This document shows positions 55,235 through 63,593 of a stretch of 64,000 nucleotides of DNA, piece after piece. The notes under the pieces are model-generated. The model ran no database searches and was not told where the DNA came from. It saw only the letters and a list, made by a program, of their open reading frames with translations. Every line of letters begins with the position of its first letter. Within the stretch, counting starts at the first letter, position 1. The DNA lies in NCBI GenBank assembly GCA_965277805.1, contig OZ255842.1, positions 2,112,001-2,176,000 of the forward strand, in the 5' to 3' direction. The stretch is from Candidatus Lustribacter sp. GTDB lineage: Bacteria > Vulcanimicrobiota > Vulcanimicrobiia > Vulcanimicrobiales > Vulcanimicrobiaceae. A program made the translations under genes and the position numbers.

Positions 55235-56476
55235 ATGAGCACGACGCAACCCCGCCCCACCGCTTCGTACGACGTCGGCGGCGTGAACCTGCCGCGTCCG
55301 TTCCGCGTCCGCCGCATCGGCCACTTAGGGATCAATGTCGACCGCATGGACGAGCAGTTGGAGTTCTACACCAAGCGACTCGGGCTGCGCGTCTCAGACC
55401 CGCTCAACTTCGGCCAGCGCCTGCCGCCTGAAGAGCAGGTAAAGCACAAATATCACACCGGCTACTTCCTGCGCCACGGTACCGACCACCACTCGTTCGT
55501 GCTCTTCCCGCGTTCGACGTACGAAGCGATGGCCGCGATGCGCGGCGGACGTTCCGATTCCCGCGTCACGACGAACCAGATCACGTGGCAAGTCGGCAGC
55601 TTGCGCGAAACCGTCGACGGCGCCGCGTATCTCGAGGAACACGGTTCGCACGTCACGCGCACCGGGCGCGATACGCCGGGTTCGAACTGGCACGTCTATC
55701 CGCTCGGCCCTGAGAATTTCGTCAACGAACTCTACTACGGCATTGAACAGATCGGCTGGGACGGCGAGAGCAAGCCCGAAGCGATGCATCAGATCAAGTA
55801 CACCGAAGCACCGCCGCTGCCGCATCGCTCCGAGTCGGCCGAAATCTTGGCCGCCACGGCCGCCGGCGTCGACATCGCATCGGGCGTGCGCACGTTCGAA
55901 ACCGAGGAAGAACGCTACGACGTCAGCGGCATCTTGCTCGGCCGTCCGTTCAAAGTCACGCGCGTCGGACCGGTGCGCCTCTTCCTCGAAGACGTCGCCG
56001 CGGCCATCCCGTTCTACCGCGACGTCTTAGGCCTCGCCGTTACGGAAGAGGTCACCTGGAACGGACATCGCTGCGTGTTCCTTCGCGCCAACACCGAACA
56101 CCACTCGATTGCGCTCTATCCCGTCGCCCTGCGCGACGAACTCGGCCTACGCGCCGATAGCAAACTCTTCTCCATCGGCTTCCAAGTCGCCGACTACCGC
56201 CAGCTGCGCGATGCATTGCAATACTTCCGCGACGCCGGCACAACCGTGCGCGAACTTCCCGTCGAATTATTCCCCGGCATCGACTACAGCGCGTTCGTCC
56301 TCGACGCCGACGGCAACGCCGTGCAGCTCTACTACTACATGGAGCAAATCGGCTGGGACGGAAAACCGCGCACCGCCGCGCAACGCCGCAAGGTCGTCCC
56401 CGGCGAATGGCCCGCATCCCTCGACGCCATGGGCGACACGTTCCTAGGCGAACCCTACCTCGGCCCCTGGGGCTAA
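55235..56476 (+). CDS. Duplicated VOC (extradiol-dioxygenase-like) protein
   Basis: Two repeats RPF.V.R.G...HHS...YY..EQIGWDG. Confidence 0.85.
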   Translation: MSTTQPRPTASYDVGGVNLPRPFRVRRIGHLGINVDRMDEQLEFYTKRLGLRVSDPLNFGQRLPPEEQVKHKYHTGYFLRHGTDHHSFVLFPRSTYEAMAAMRGGRSDSRVTTNQITWQVGSLRETVDGAAYLEEHGSHVTRTGRDTPGSNWHVYPLGPENFVNELYYGIEQIGWDGESKPEAMHQIKYTEAPPLPHRSESAEILAATAAGVDIASGVRTFETEEERYDVSGILLGRPFKVTRVGPVRLFLEDVAAAIPFYRDVLGLAVTEEVTWNGHRCVFLRANTEHHSIALYPVALRDELGLRADSKLFSIGFQVADYRQLRDALQYFRDAGTTVRELPVELFPGIDYSAFVLDADGNAVQLYYYMEQIGWDGKPRTAAQRRKVVPGEWPASLDAMGDTFLGEPYLGPWG

Positions 56477-56549
56477 AAAAGTGAGGCAAGAAGACACGCC
56501 TCGCGCCCACGGCCATCGGCTACTCAAGCGAACGTGACCTTTTTATCTC

Positions 56550-56593
56550 TGTCGTCCTGAGCGGAGCGCCGACGGGCGCGCAGACGAAGAACG
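56550..56593 (+). repeat. Second, longer REP-like element type (single degenerate copy)
   Basis: TGTCGTCCTGAGCGGA-GCGCC-GACG-GGCGC-GCAGACGAAGAAC; same 5' end pattern with an inserted hairpin. Confidence 0.6.
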
Positions 56594-56643
56594 CGAGAGC
56601 ATCTTGCATATGCGCCAGGGCAACGCCACGAACGGGCAGTGCG

Positions 56644-57408
56644 CTACCGAATCGCGCTACCCGCAGCCTTACAAGCACTACGTAACGCTGCCACCATCCG
56701 CGCCCGATCGCTCGTACGAAACCGGGCCTGCGGTCCCGAAATCGTCATCGCCCCACGCAGCTCACCAGTGCGACTCATCACCGCGCAGCTCAACGCATAC
56801 AATCCAGGCTCACTCTCCGCATCGTTGATGGCAAACCCGCGCTCGCGCACAAGTTGCAAATCCCGCAACAGCGCCGTCCGCGTGCGAATGGTCCGCCGCG
56901 TCAGCGCAGGCAACGCCTCACGCGGATAACGCTCGCGGACAGCAGCATCGCCCAGAACCGCAAGCATGGCCTTCCCACCCGACGTAGCGTGCGCCGCGAG
57001 CACCGTGCCGGTGCGATTCCCCGCTCGCAGCGCCCTCGTCGACTCCACCCCGCCAAGAAACACAACGTCGGCACCGCGCAGCGTACACACGTGCACCGTC
57101 TCGCCGAACGTCGACGCGAGCGTCTCCAAATGCGGTCGCACGGCACTCTGCACGTCATCGTTCGCCGCAACCACGCTGCCCAGCGCAACGAGCGCAGGCC
57201 CAGCATGGTAGGCCCGCGTGTTCTCGTTCTGCACGACAAACTCGAAGTGCGCCAACATCGCGAGCAACCGGTGCGCGGTCGAACGCGCGACGCCGAGGAG
57301 GCGGCTCGCTTCGGTAACCCCGATCGACGGCCGCTCCCGAAACTCCAGCAACAACTGGAGGGCATTACCGACCGCCTCGACCGGGTACCGCGGCGCCGTA
57401 TTCTGCAT
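56644..57408 (-). CDS. IclR-family regulator
   Basis: GVTEASRLLGVARSTAHRLL, GETVH, HATSGGKA.LA, RERGFAIN..E. Confidence 0.93.
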   Translation of the reverse strand: MQNTAPRYPVEAVGNALQLLLEFRERPSIGVTEASRLLGVARSTAHRLLAMLAHFEFVVQNENTRAYHAGPALVALGSVVAANDDVQSAVRPHLETLASTFGETVHVCTLRGADVVFLGGVESTRALRAGNRTGTVLAAHATSGGKAMLAVLGDAAVRERYPREALPALTRRTIRTRTALLRDLQLVRERGFAINDAESEPGLYALSCAVMSRTGELRGAMTISGPQARFRTSDRARMVAALRSACKAAGSAIR

Positions 57409-57439
57409 ACCAGAACGTTTCGTTCCCCTACGGAGAACG
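57401..57439. promoter_or_regulatory. Two IclR-type operators
   Basis: TTCTG-N5-CAGAA over the iclR start codon and CGTTC-N9-GAACG at 57421-57439. Confidence 0.6.
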
Positions 57440-57479
57440 CCTCGTAGGGAAGCCGCTCGCCCTCGCGGGATGGGTGCGC

Positions 57480-57995
57480 ATGACGCCTCGCATCGCTTCA
57501 CTCGGCCACGTCGGGATCTTCGTCGACGACGTCGACCGCTCGCTGCGCTTCTACCGCGACCTGCTCGGCCTGACGCTGACCGACGCCGACGAAACCAACG
57601 GGATGTATTTTCTTTCATCGCGACCCGACGAAGAGCATCACGAATTTCTCGTCTGCCGCGGCCGCACGGCCGGGCGCGACGAACGCCTGATCCAGCAGGT
57701 CAGTTTTCGCTGCCCATCGCTACAAGACGTCGTGGCCTATTGGGAACGCTTGAAAGACGCCGGCGTAGAATTCGACCGCATCGTCTCGCACGGCAACGCC
57801 GTCGGCGTCTACTTCTTCGATCCCGACCACAACCGCTGCGAAGTTTACTGGCCGACCGGGCTGAAAGCGCGCCAGACGTTCCTGGCACAGATCGACCTCA
57901 CGCGCCCGGTCGACGAACTGATGACCGAGATCAAAGCGTACGTCGAGCGCTACGGCGAAACCGGCTACGTCGATCCCGAGCTGCTGCGCAATTGA
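57480..57995 (+). CDS. Single-domain VOC/glyoxalase-family protein
   Basis: LGHVG, FYRDLLG, EHHE, SHGNA..VYFFDPD.NR.EVY. Confidence 0.88.
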   Translation: MTPRIASLGHVGIFVDDVDRSLRFYRDLLGLTLTDADETNGMYFLSSRPDEEHHEFLVCRGRTAGRDERLIQQVSFRCPSLQDVVAYWERLKDAGVEFDRIVSHGNAVGVYFFDPDHNRCEVYWPTGLKARQTFLAQIDLTRPVDELMTEIKAYVERYGETGYVDPELLRN

Positions 57996-59563
57996 CCAAC
58001 CCCTACGACGTCATCGTCATCGGTGCCGGACCAACCGGCCTAGCCGCCAGCTTGTTTCTTCATGCGCACGGTGCGCGCGTGGCGCTGCTCGAACGCGAAG
58101 CTGCGACCGTCGTAGAACCACGCGCCGTCACCCTCGACGACGAATCGATGCGTGCGATGGCGACCCTCGGGCTCATCCCGCAACTGCAGCCGCTCATCTT
58201 ACCGGGTTACGGCACGCGCTGGTACACCGGCACCGGCCGCGAGCTGGCCCGCGTAAGCGCCAACGCGACGCGCTACGGTTACGGTTGCCGCAACGGCTTC
58301 TCGCAACCGGATTTCGTGAATCTGCTGGCGCGCACGCTGGCCGAACGCGCCGAGGTGCGCTTCGAGACGACGGTGACGTCGGTCGAACAAGACGCGGACG
58401 GCGTCACGGTGAAAACACGCGGAACGGACGGCTGGCCCCAGACCTATCGCGCCCGCTATGCCATCGCGTGCGACGGCGCCGCCTCGCCGATCCGCGAGGC
58501 CCTCGGCATCCAACTCGAAGGCGACACGCACGCCCAGCCGTGGCTCATCGTCGACACCATCAACTCAACCGAGACCGATCGCTACTCGAAGTTCTACTGC
58601 GGCAACCCACGCCCGTACGTCGCGGTGCCGGGCCGCGACGGCCGGTTGCGCTACGAATTCATGTATTTGCCCGGCGAAGATCCCGAGCAGATGCGCAGCG
58701 CCGACGACGTGCGCCGCTGGCTGCAAGGCCGCCGCGATCTGCCCGATGCGGACATCATCCGCATCGCACCCTATCGCTTTCACTCGCGCGTGAGCCCGCG
58801 CTGGCGATCCGGCCGCCTCTTCTTCGCCGGCGACGCGGCGCACCTGATGCCGCCGTTTGCCGGCCAAGGCATGAACGCCGGCATTCGCGATGCGTTCAAC
58901 CTCGGCTGGAAGCTCGCGCAAGTCGTACGCGGCCATGCCGGCGACGCGTTACTCGACACGTACGAGCGCGAACGCAAACCCCATGTGCGCGCGATGCTCA
59001 AGCTTTCCGAGATCATCGGCACCGTCGTCATGTCGCGCGACTCGACTGCGGCGAGGGCACGTGACGTCTTCCTCGGCACGGCCCGCCACGTCCCCGGCCT
59101 GCGCGAGTACATCGCCGAAATGCGTTTCAAACCGAAAGCCAGCTACCGCGACGGCTTCGTCCACAACAAAGGCCCGCTCGCGCACCTCACCGGACGGCTC
59201 GCGCCGAACCCAATGGTCGTCGACGACCAAAACATCCCGCGCCGCCTAGACGACGTCCTCGGCGACGGCTTCGCTCTGCTCTCCATCAGTGCATCCGGCA
59301 ACCCGATCGCACCGCAAACCACATCACCCTTGCTGGCAGCCCTCAACCCCCGCCACGTGCGCCTGTGCTCAGGCGAATTCATCGCGCTACCGCATCCCGG
59401 CTGCGTCTCAGTCGCCGATACTTACGCCGCCTTCGCCCGCGAGCTCGCCCTAAATCGCGACGCCATCATCCTCATCCGCCCCGACCGCGTAATAGCCGCC
59501 GCCACTCCTGCCAAAAATTTCCCCGCCGCCGAACAAAACCTAACCCGCACCTACTCCCAGTAG
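57992..59563 (+). CDS. MhpA-like FAD-dependent aromatic hydroxylase
   Basis: GAGPTG, PRAV.LDDE, ACDGAAS.IR, GDAAHLMPPFAGQGMNAGIRDA.NL.WKL. Confidence 0.9.
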   Translation: MTNPYDVIVIGAGPTGLAASLFLHAHGARVALLEREAATVVEPRAVTLDDESMRAMATLGLIPQLQPLILPGYGTRWYTGTGRELARVSANATRYGYGCRNGFSQPDFVNLLARTLAERAEVRFETTVTSVEQDADGVTVKTRGTDGWPQTYRARYAIACDGAASPIREALGIQLEGDTHAQPWLIVDTINSTETDRYSKFYCGNPRPYVAVPGRDGRLRYEFMYLPGEDPEQMRSADDVRRWLQGRRDLPDADIIRIAPYRFHSRVSPRWRSGRLFFAGDAAHLMPPFAGQGMNAGIRDAFNLGWKLAQVVRGHAGDALLDTYERERKPHVRAMLKLSEIIGTVVMSRDSTAARARDVFLGTARHVPGLREYIAEMRFKPKASYRDGFVHNKGPLAHLTGRLAPNPMVVDDQNIPRRLDDVLGDGFALLSISASGNPIAPQTTSPLLAALNPRHVRLCSGEFIALPHPGCVSVADTYAAFARELALNRDAIILIRPDRVIAAATPAKNFPAAEQNLTRTYSQ

Positions 59564-59575
59564 TCGCCCCCAACT

Positions 59576-59604
59576 TGTCATCCCGAGCTCGTCGAGGGAC
59601 CGCC
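59576..59604 (+). repeat. REP-like element copy 9
   Basis: TGTCATCCCGAGCTCGTCGAGGGACCGCC between convergent genes. Confidence 0.92.
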
Positions 59605-59610
59605 ACAATT

Positions 59611-60597
59611 TCAGGTATCGAGCATACTCGGAGCAAAAATCTCTTCGAGCCGCACGATGTGATCGGTCAAACCTTGCTCGTGCAGATACATAGCGATCGT
59701 TTCGAGCACGTGACGATTGCTCCGCACCCCATAAACCGTCGGGTCCGAAGCCAGCTCCGCAGCATCGACAGCTCCCACCTGCAGATACGGTTCCAGCAGC
59801 GCGGATCGCTGCCGCGCGTTCTCCGCCTGCACCGCAACGAACGCGTCATACATGCTCGCCACCACCCACGGATCGCGCTCCGCAACCGTTCGCCGCACCA
59901 CCATGCAATGATTGATCGGAAACGTCCCGCTCTTCGCAAAATAGCGCCGGCCTTCAGCAACCGGGTCCGGAAACAACGTGCGCACCTCAGATCGCGTCTT
60001 GAAGTCGATCGTGCTGCGGTCAACATCATTCCCACGCGGTGAGTAGAACAGCACGGCATCAAGCCCGCCGTCGACCAGCATCTCTCCGAGGTTCGTCGCA
60101 ACCGGGATATACGTCAGCCGGATTCCGGGCGGAGGCGTAAAGCCCGTCGCGCCGCCATGGCTCGTCTCGGGATTGCGTTCCATGAACCACTCCATGTCCG
60201 CCGGCGCAACACCGAACTCGTGCTCCAGCACGCCACGCACCCACACGACGCCCGTCTGTTGAAACTCCGGAACGCCCACCCTCTTGCCGCGCAGATCGGC
60301 GGGCTGCTCGATCCCGGCAGCCGTGCGCACGAAGATCCCGGTGTGAAAGAACCGTCGCGCCGTAAACACCGGAAACCCGACAAAATCCGTTGGACCATGC
60401 GAGGTCGCAATCATGAACGACGCGATCGACATATCCGAAACGTCGAACTCCGCGCCTTTCAGCTGCCGCGCAAAGATCTCACCGGGCGAAAGCGCGATCG
60501 ATTCGAGTTCGATGCCGTCCGGGACGATCCGCCCCTCGAGCAGCGCCCGCGAGCGCACGTTCTCGGCGAAGGCCGCGCGTAACTTCAGCGTGCTCAA
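59611..60597 (-). CDS. 4,5-dihydroxyphthalate decarboxylase-like protein
   Basis: EFDVSDMS, PVF..R.FFH, DLRGKRVGVPEFQQT..VW.RG.L, FPINH, YLHEQGL. Confidence 0.85.
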   Translation of the reverse strand: MSTLKLRAAFAENVRSRALLEGRIVPDGIELESIALSPGEIFARQLKGAEFDVSDMSIASFMIATSHGPTDFVGFPVFTARRFFHTGIFVRTAAGIEQPADLRGKRVGVPEFQQTGVVWVRGVLEHEFGVAPADMEWFMERNPETSHGGATGFTPPPGIRLTYIPVATNLGEMLVDGGLDAVLFYSPRGNDVDRSTIDFKTRSEVRTLFPDPVAEGRRYFAKSGTFPINHCMVVRRTVAERDPWVVASMYDAFVAVQAENARQRSALLEPYLQVGAVDAAELASDPTVYGVRSNRHVLETIAMYLHEQGLTDHIVRLEEIFAPSMLDT

Positions 60598-60598
60598 G

Positions 60599-61678
60599 CT
60601 ATGCGATCGCGGGCGCGTTCGCGAAGTGTGGAATGACCTCGCGGCCGAACAACTGCATCGAATGCAGCGCATCCGCGTACGGCAGCATGTGGAAGTTCAC
60701 TTGCATCGACGCGTGCTCGATCCCGCCGATCTCCGCGGCAAGCTTCGTCAGCGCCGCAATCACTTCGGCCGGCGTGCCGACCAGCGCGCTGCCGTTCGCG
60801 ATCATCGACTCCATCGTCATGGTCTTGAGCCGCTCGTAGCGCTTGTCGTAGTCGACGTAGTCCGTCGAGGTCGTTCCTTGGCTCCAATCCTTGCCGGCAT
60901 CGATCAGCGAGCGAAAGTAGCCTTCAATGTGGGGTTTCGCAATCCGCCGCGCGCGTTCGCCATCTTCATCGACGAACATGTGAAACGCAAGCATCACTTC
61001 GCCGTCGCCCTGATGTCCGGCGGCACGATATGCGGCCCGGTACGCCGCCAGCGACTCCCGCAGTTTGTCGGCCGCCATCGGTACGCTCATGACCGAGAAG
61101 CCCATCTTCCCGGCAAATTCGAACGAATCGATCATGCCGGTGGCTGCGACGTAGAATTTGGGGCGCGGCTTCTGCGTCGGCCGCGGCAACGACGTCGTCT
61201 CCTTGATCTTGTGAAACTGGCCGTCGTGCGAGACGTTCTCTTCACGCAGCAGGAGATCGACCTGCTCGATCCCTTCGCGGAACCGCGCGATCGACTCATC
61301 CTGCGAAACTCCGTGCCGTCGGAATTCATGCGGCATAAACGCTCGCGCAAAGCCGACGTCGAGGCGCCCGCCGCAAATCCCATCCAGCATCGCAATTTCA
61401 GCCGCCATCTTCAGCGGCCGATTGAATGCGGGAATGATACACCCGGTAACCATCCGAGCCGTCCGATTGCGTTGCGAGGCAGCAGAGAGGAAGACGATCG
61501 GATTGGGACTGTAGCCGCCATAGGCATGGAAGTAGTGCTCGACGATGCGAACGTGCGTATATCCAAGCGGTTCGGCTGCTTCGACCAAATCCAGCGACTC
61601 GCCGAAGTACTCGGCAGCCGATTTCTCCTCCGGCTTCACATCAGGAAAAAACTGAACTCCAAATTTCATCATTGCCAT
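60599..61678 (-). CDS. LLM flavin monooxygenase
   Basis: VEHYF..YGG.SP.P, GRLDVGFARA, PRPTQKPRP. Confidence 0.92.
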   Translation of the reverse strand: MAMMKFGVQFFPDVKPEEKSAAEYFGESLDLVEAAEPLGYTHVRIVEHYFHAYGGYSPNPIVFLSAASQRNRTARMVTGCIIPAFNRPLKMAAEIAMLDGICGGRLDVGFARAFMPHEFRRHGVSQDESIARFREGIEQVDLLLREENVSHDGQFHKIKETTSLPRPTQKPRPKFYVAATGMIDSFEFAGKMGFSVMSVPMAADKLRESLAAYRAAYRAAGHQGDGEVMLAFHMFVDEDGERARRIAKPHIEGYFRSLIDAGKDWSQGTTSTDYVDYDKRYERLKTMTMESMIANGSALVGTPAEVIAALTKLAAEIGGIEHASMQVNFHMLPYADALHSMQLFGREVIPHFANAPAIA

Positions 61679-61682
61679 TCTA

Positions 61683-62630
61683 CTACACCAGCGCGGCGGG
61701 GTCGATGAGTTCGCGCGCGAGGAATCGCGCCGGAATCACCTTGTACTTGACGGCCGCGTCGATCAACGGCTGAATCAGTGCCGGATCTAGCGTCGACTGG
61801 AGCCGATCGCGTTGCGTGGTGGCGATGACGCTCGGATCGATTCCCGTATACTTCGAAAGCAGCGGGATCATCTCGTTCCAGTTGGCCATCGCATAGGCCG
61901 TCGCTTCGGCCAACCCCTTGCGAAAGTGCGCCATCACGTCCGCATTCTTCGTGGCGTAGTCTACGGTACTGAAATAGGTTGTCGAAAAGAACCGCTTCGC
62001 AACAGCGCCGCACGAGTCGCCGAGCAAGCGGCATTTCCCGCTCGCGATCGCATCGCTCATCGTGGGAACCGCCAGCGTTGCGGCGTCGACCCGTCCGGCA
62101 GCGATTGCATCGGCCGCGGCGGACGCCGGCAGCTCGGCGAGTTTCACCGAGCGCCAGTCGCCGCCGTACTGATCGACCCAGGCCCAGCTCGCGATCGCAA
62201 ACAAATCGCCCAGCGACGAAACGGCAACGGTCTTTCCGTTGAGATCGCTGCCGGTGCGGATCGGTGAGTTCTTCGCGACGAGAAACCCGGCGGTCGGATT
62301 CGCGGAGTCAAAGGTCGACGCACCGGACTGCAGTACCAGCGGAATGCCGCGCACGTGTCCCTCGATGATGCCGAACAGGCTCGCCTTTCCAAGTTCGAGC
62401 GAGCCGCCGATCACTGCAGCCGAGATTGCCGATCCGCTGCTCGCGCGCGTCACTTGTACGTCGAGCCCATACTTCTGAAAGATGCCGCTCTGCGCGCCGT
62501 ACAACGCGCCGATGACGCTCCCGTCGGCCGATGCGGCAATGCGTATCTTCGTCAGCCCCTGGGCGCGCACGCGCGCGGGAAACAGCGTAACGGCAGCCCC
62601 GGCCGTAAGAAAGGCTCTGCGATCGAACAT
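61683..62630 (-). CDS. Tat-exported NMT1/SsuA-type substrate-binding protein
   Basis: DRRAFL; GIFQKYGLDV; DLNGKTVAV. Confidence 0.88.
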   Translation of the reverse strand: MFDRRAFLTAGAAVTLFPARVRAQGLTKIRIAASADGSVIGALYGAQSGIFQKYGLDVQVTRASSGSAISAAVIGGSLELGKASLFGIIEGHVRGIPLVLQSGASTFDSANPTAGFLVAKNSPIRTGSDLNGKTVAVSSLGDLFAIASWAWVDQYGGDWRSVKLAELPASAAADAIAAGRVDAATLAVPTMSDAIASGKCRLLGDSCGAVAKRFFSTTYFSTVDYATKNADVMAHFRKGLAEATAYAMANWNEMIPLLSKYTGIDPSVIATTQRDRLQSTLDPALIQPLIDAAVKYKVIPARFLARELIDPAALV

Positions 62631-62645
62631 GGAAACGCCTTACAC

Positions 62646-63593
62646 ATGCACGTACGGAATCTTTCGCGCAATGGTTTTCTGGCCGGCACCGGTGCAGCCG
62701 TCGCCCTGGTCGCTGCACGGCAGGCGGCTCGTGCGGCCACGGCGGTCGCTGTCGCAGCTTCACCTGCGGATGACCTCACGCCGGTGGTGTATGCGTTGCA
62801 AAGCGGTCTCTTCCAGCGCAACGGACTCGACGTGCACCTCGACAAGCTCACATCGGGTTCGGCTGTAGCGGCAGCCGTTGCCTCCGGTGCCTATGCGATC
62901 GGCAAATCGAGCCTGACCGGTCTGCTCACCGCGCGCGACAAGGGCATTCCGTTCACGTTGATCGCGCCCGCTGCAATCTACGACAGCGCGACGGCGGTCG
63001 GCGGCATGATCGTGTCCAACGATTCCACGGTTCACACCGGGCGCGACGTCGAAAACCAAGTTGCCGCGGTCGCAGCATTCGGCGACATCGGGCAACTCTC
63101 GCTGCAAGCATGGGTCGCGCAAAACAAAGGCAATCCGGCGCTGGTGAAGTTCATCGAAGTACCGAATGCCGCCGCGCTCGCGGCCGTTCAGGAACACCGC
63201 GTGATCGCGGCGGAAGCGGCCGACCCGTTTCTCTCCGCGGCGCTCGCCACCCACACGGTCTTCCAGCTCAAGACCTACAGCGCTGTCGCACCGCGGTTCG
63301 CCATCACCGCTTGGTTCACAACCCAATCCTACGCGGACGCACACCCCGACGTCGTCCGTGCCTTCGCCCGCAGCGTCGCGACCGCGTCGACGTATACGAA
63401 TGCGCATCACGAGGCAACGGCAGAGATGATGGCCACATATACGGGCCAGGATCCAGCCTTGGTCGAGCACATGACGCGCACGTTGACCGGCGTCACGCTC
63501 GACCCGGCCCTCATTCAGCCGGTGATCGAAGCCTGTTTCAACTACAAGCTCATCGCGCATCCGCTCAAGGCAGGCGACATTATCGCCCGCTGA
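62646..63593 (+). CDS. NMT1/SsuA-type substrate-binding protein with Tat-like signal
   Basis: SRNGFL; GLFQRNGLDV; start re-called at 62646. Confidence 0.85.
   Translation: MHVRNLSRNGFLAGTGAAVALVAARQAARAATAVAVAASPADDLTPVVYALQSGLFQRNGLDVHLDKLTSGSAVAAAVASGAYAIGKSSLTGLLTARDKGIPFTLIAPAAIYDSATAVGGMIVSNDSTVHTGRDVENQVAAVAAFGDIGQLSLQAWVAQNKGNPALVKFIEVPNAAALAAVQEHRVIAAEAADPFLSAALATHTVFQLKTYSAVAPRFAITAWFTTQSYADAHPDVVRAFARSVATASTYTNAHHEATAEMMATYTGQDPALVEHMTRTLTGVTLDPALIQPVIEACFNYKLIAHPLKAGDIIAR

Noticed and set aside
57218-57991. Long N-terminal extensions in the ORF track (also 1061, 11671, 21771, 45613, 48066, 54911, 62355)
   Set aside because: They overlap neighbouring genes; homology-like motifs begin at the re-called, often stop-coupled starts
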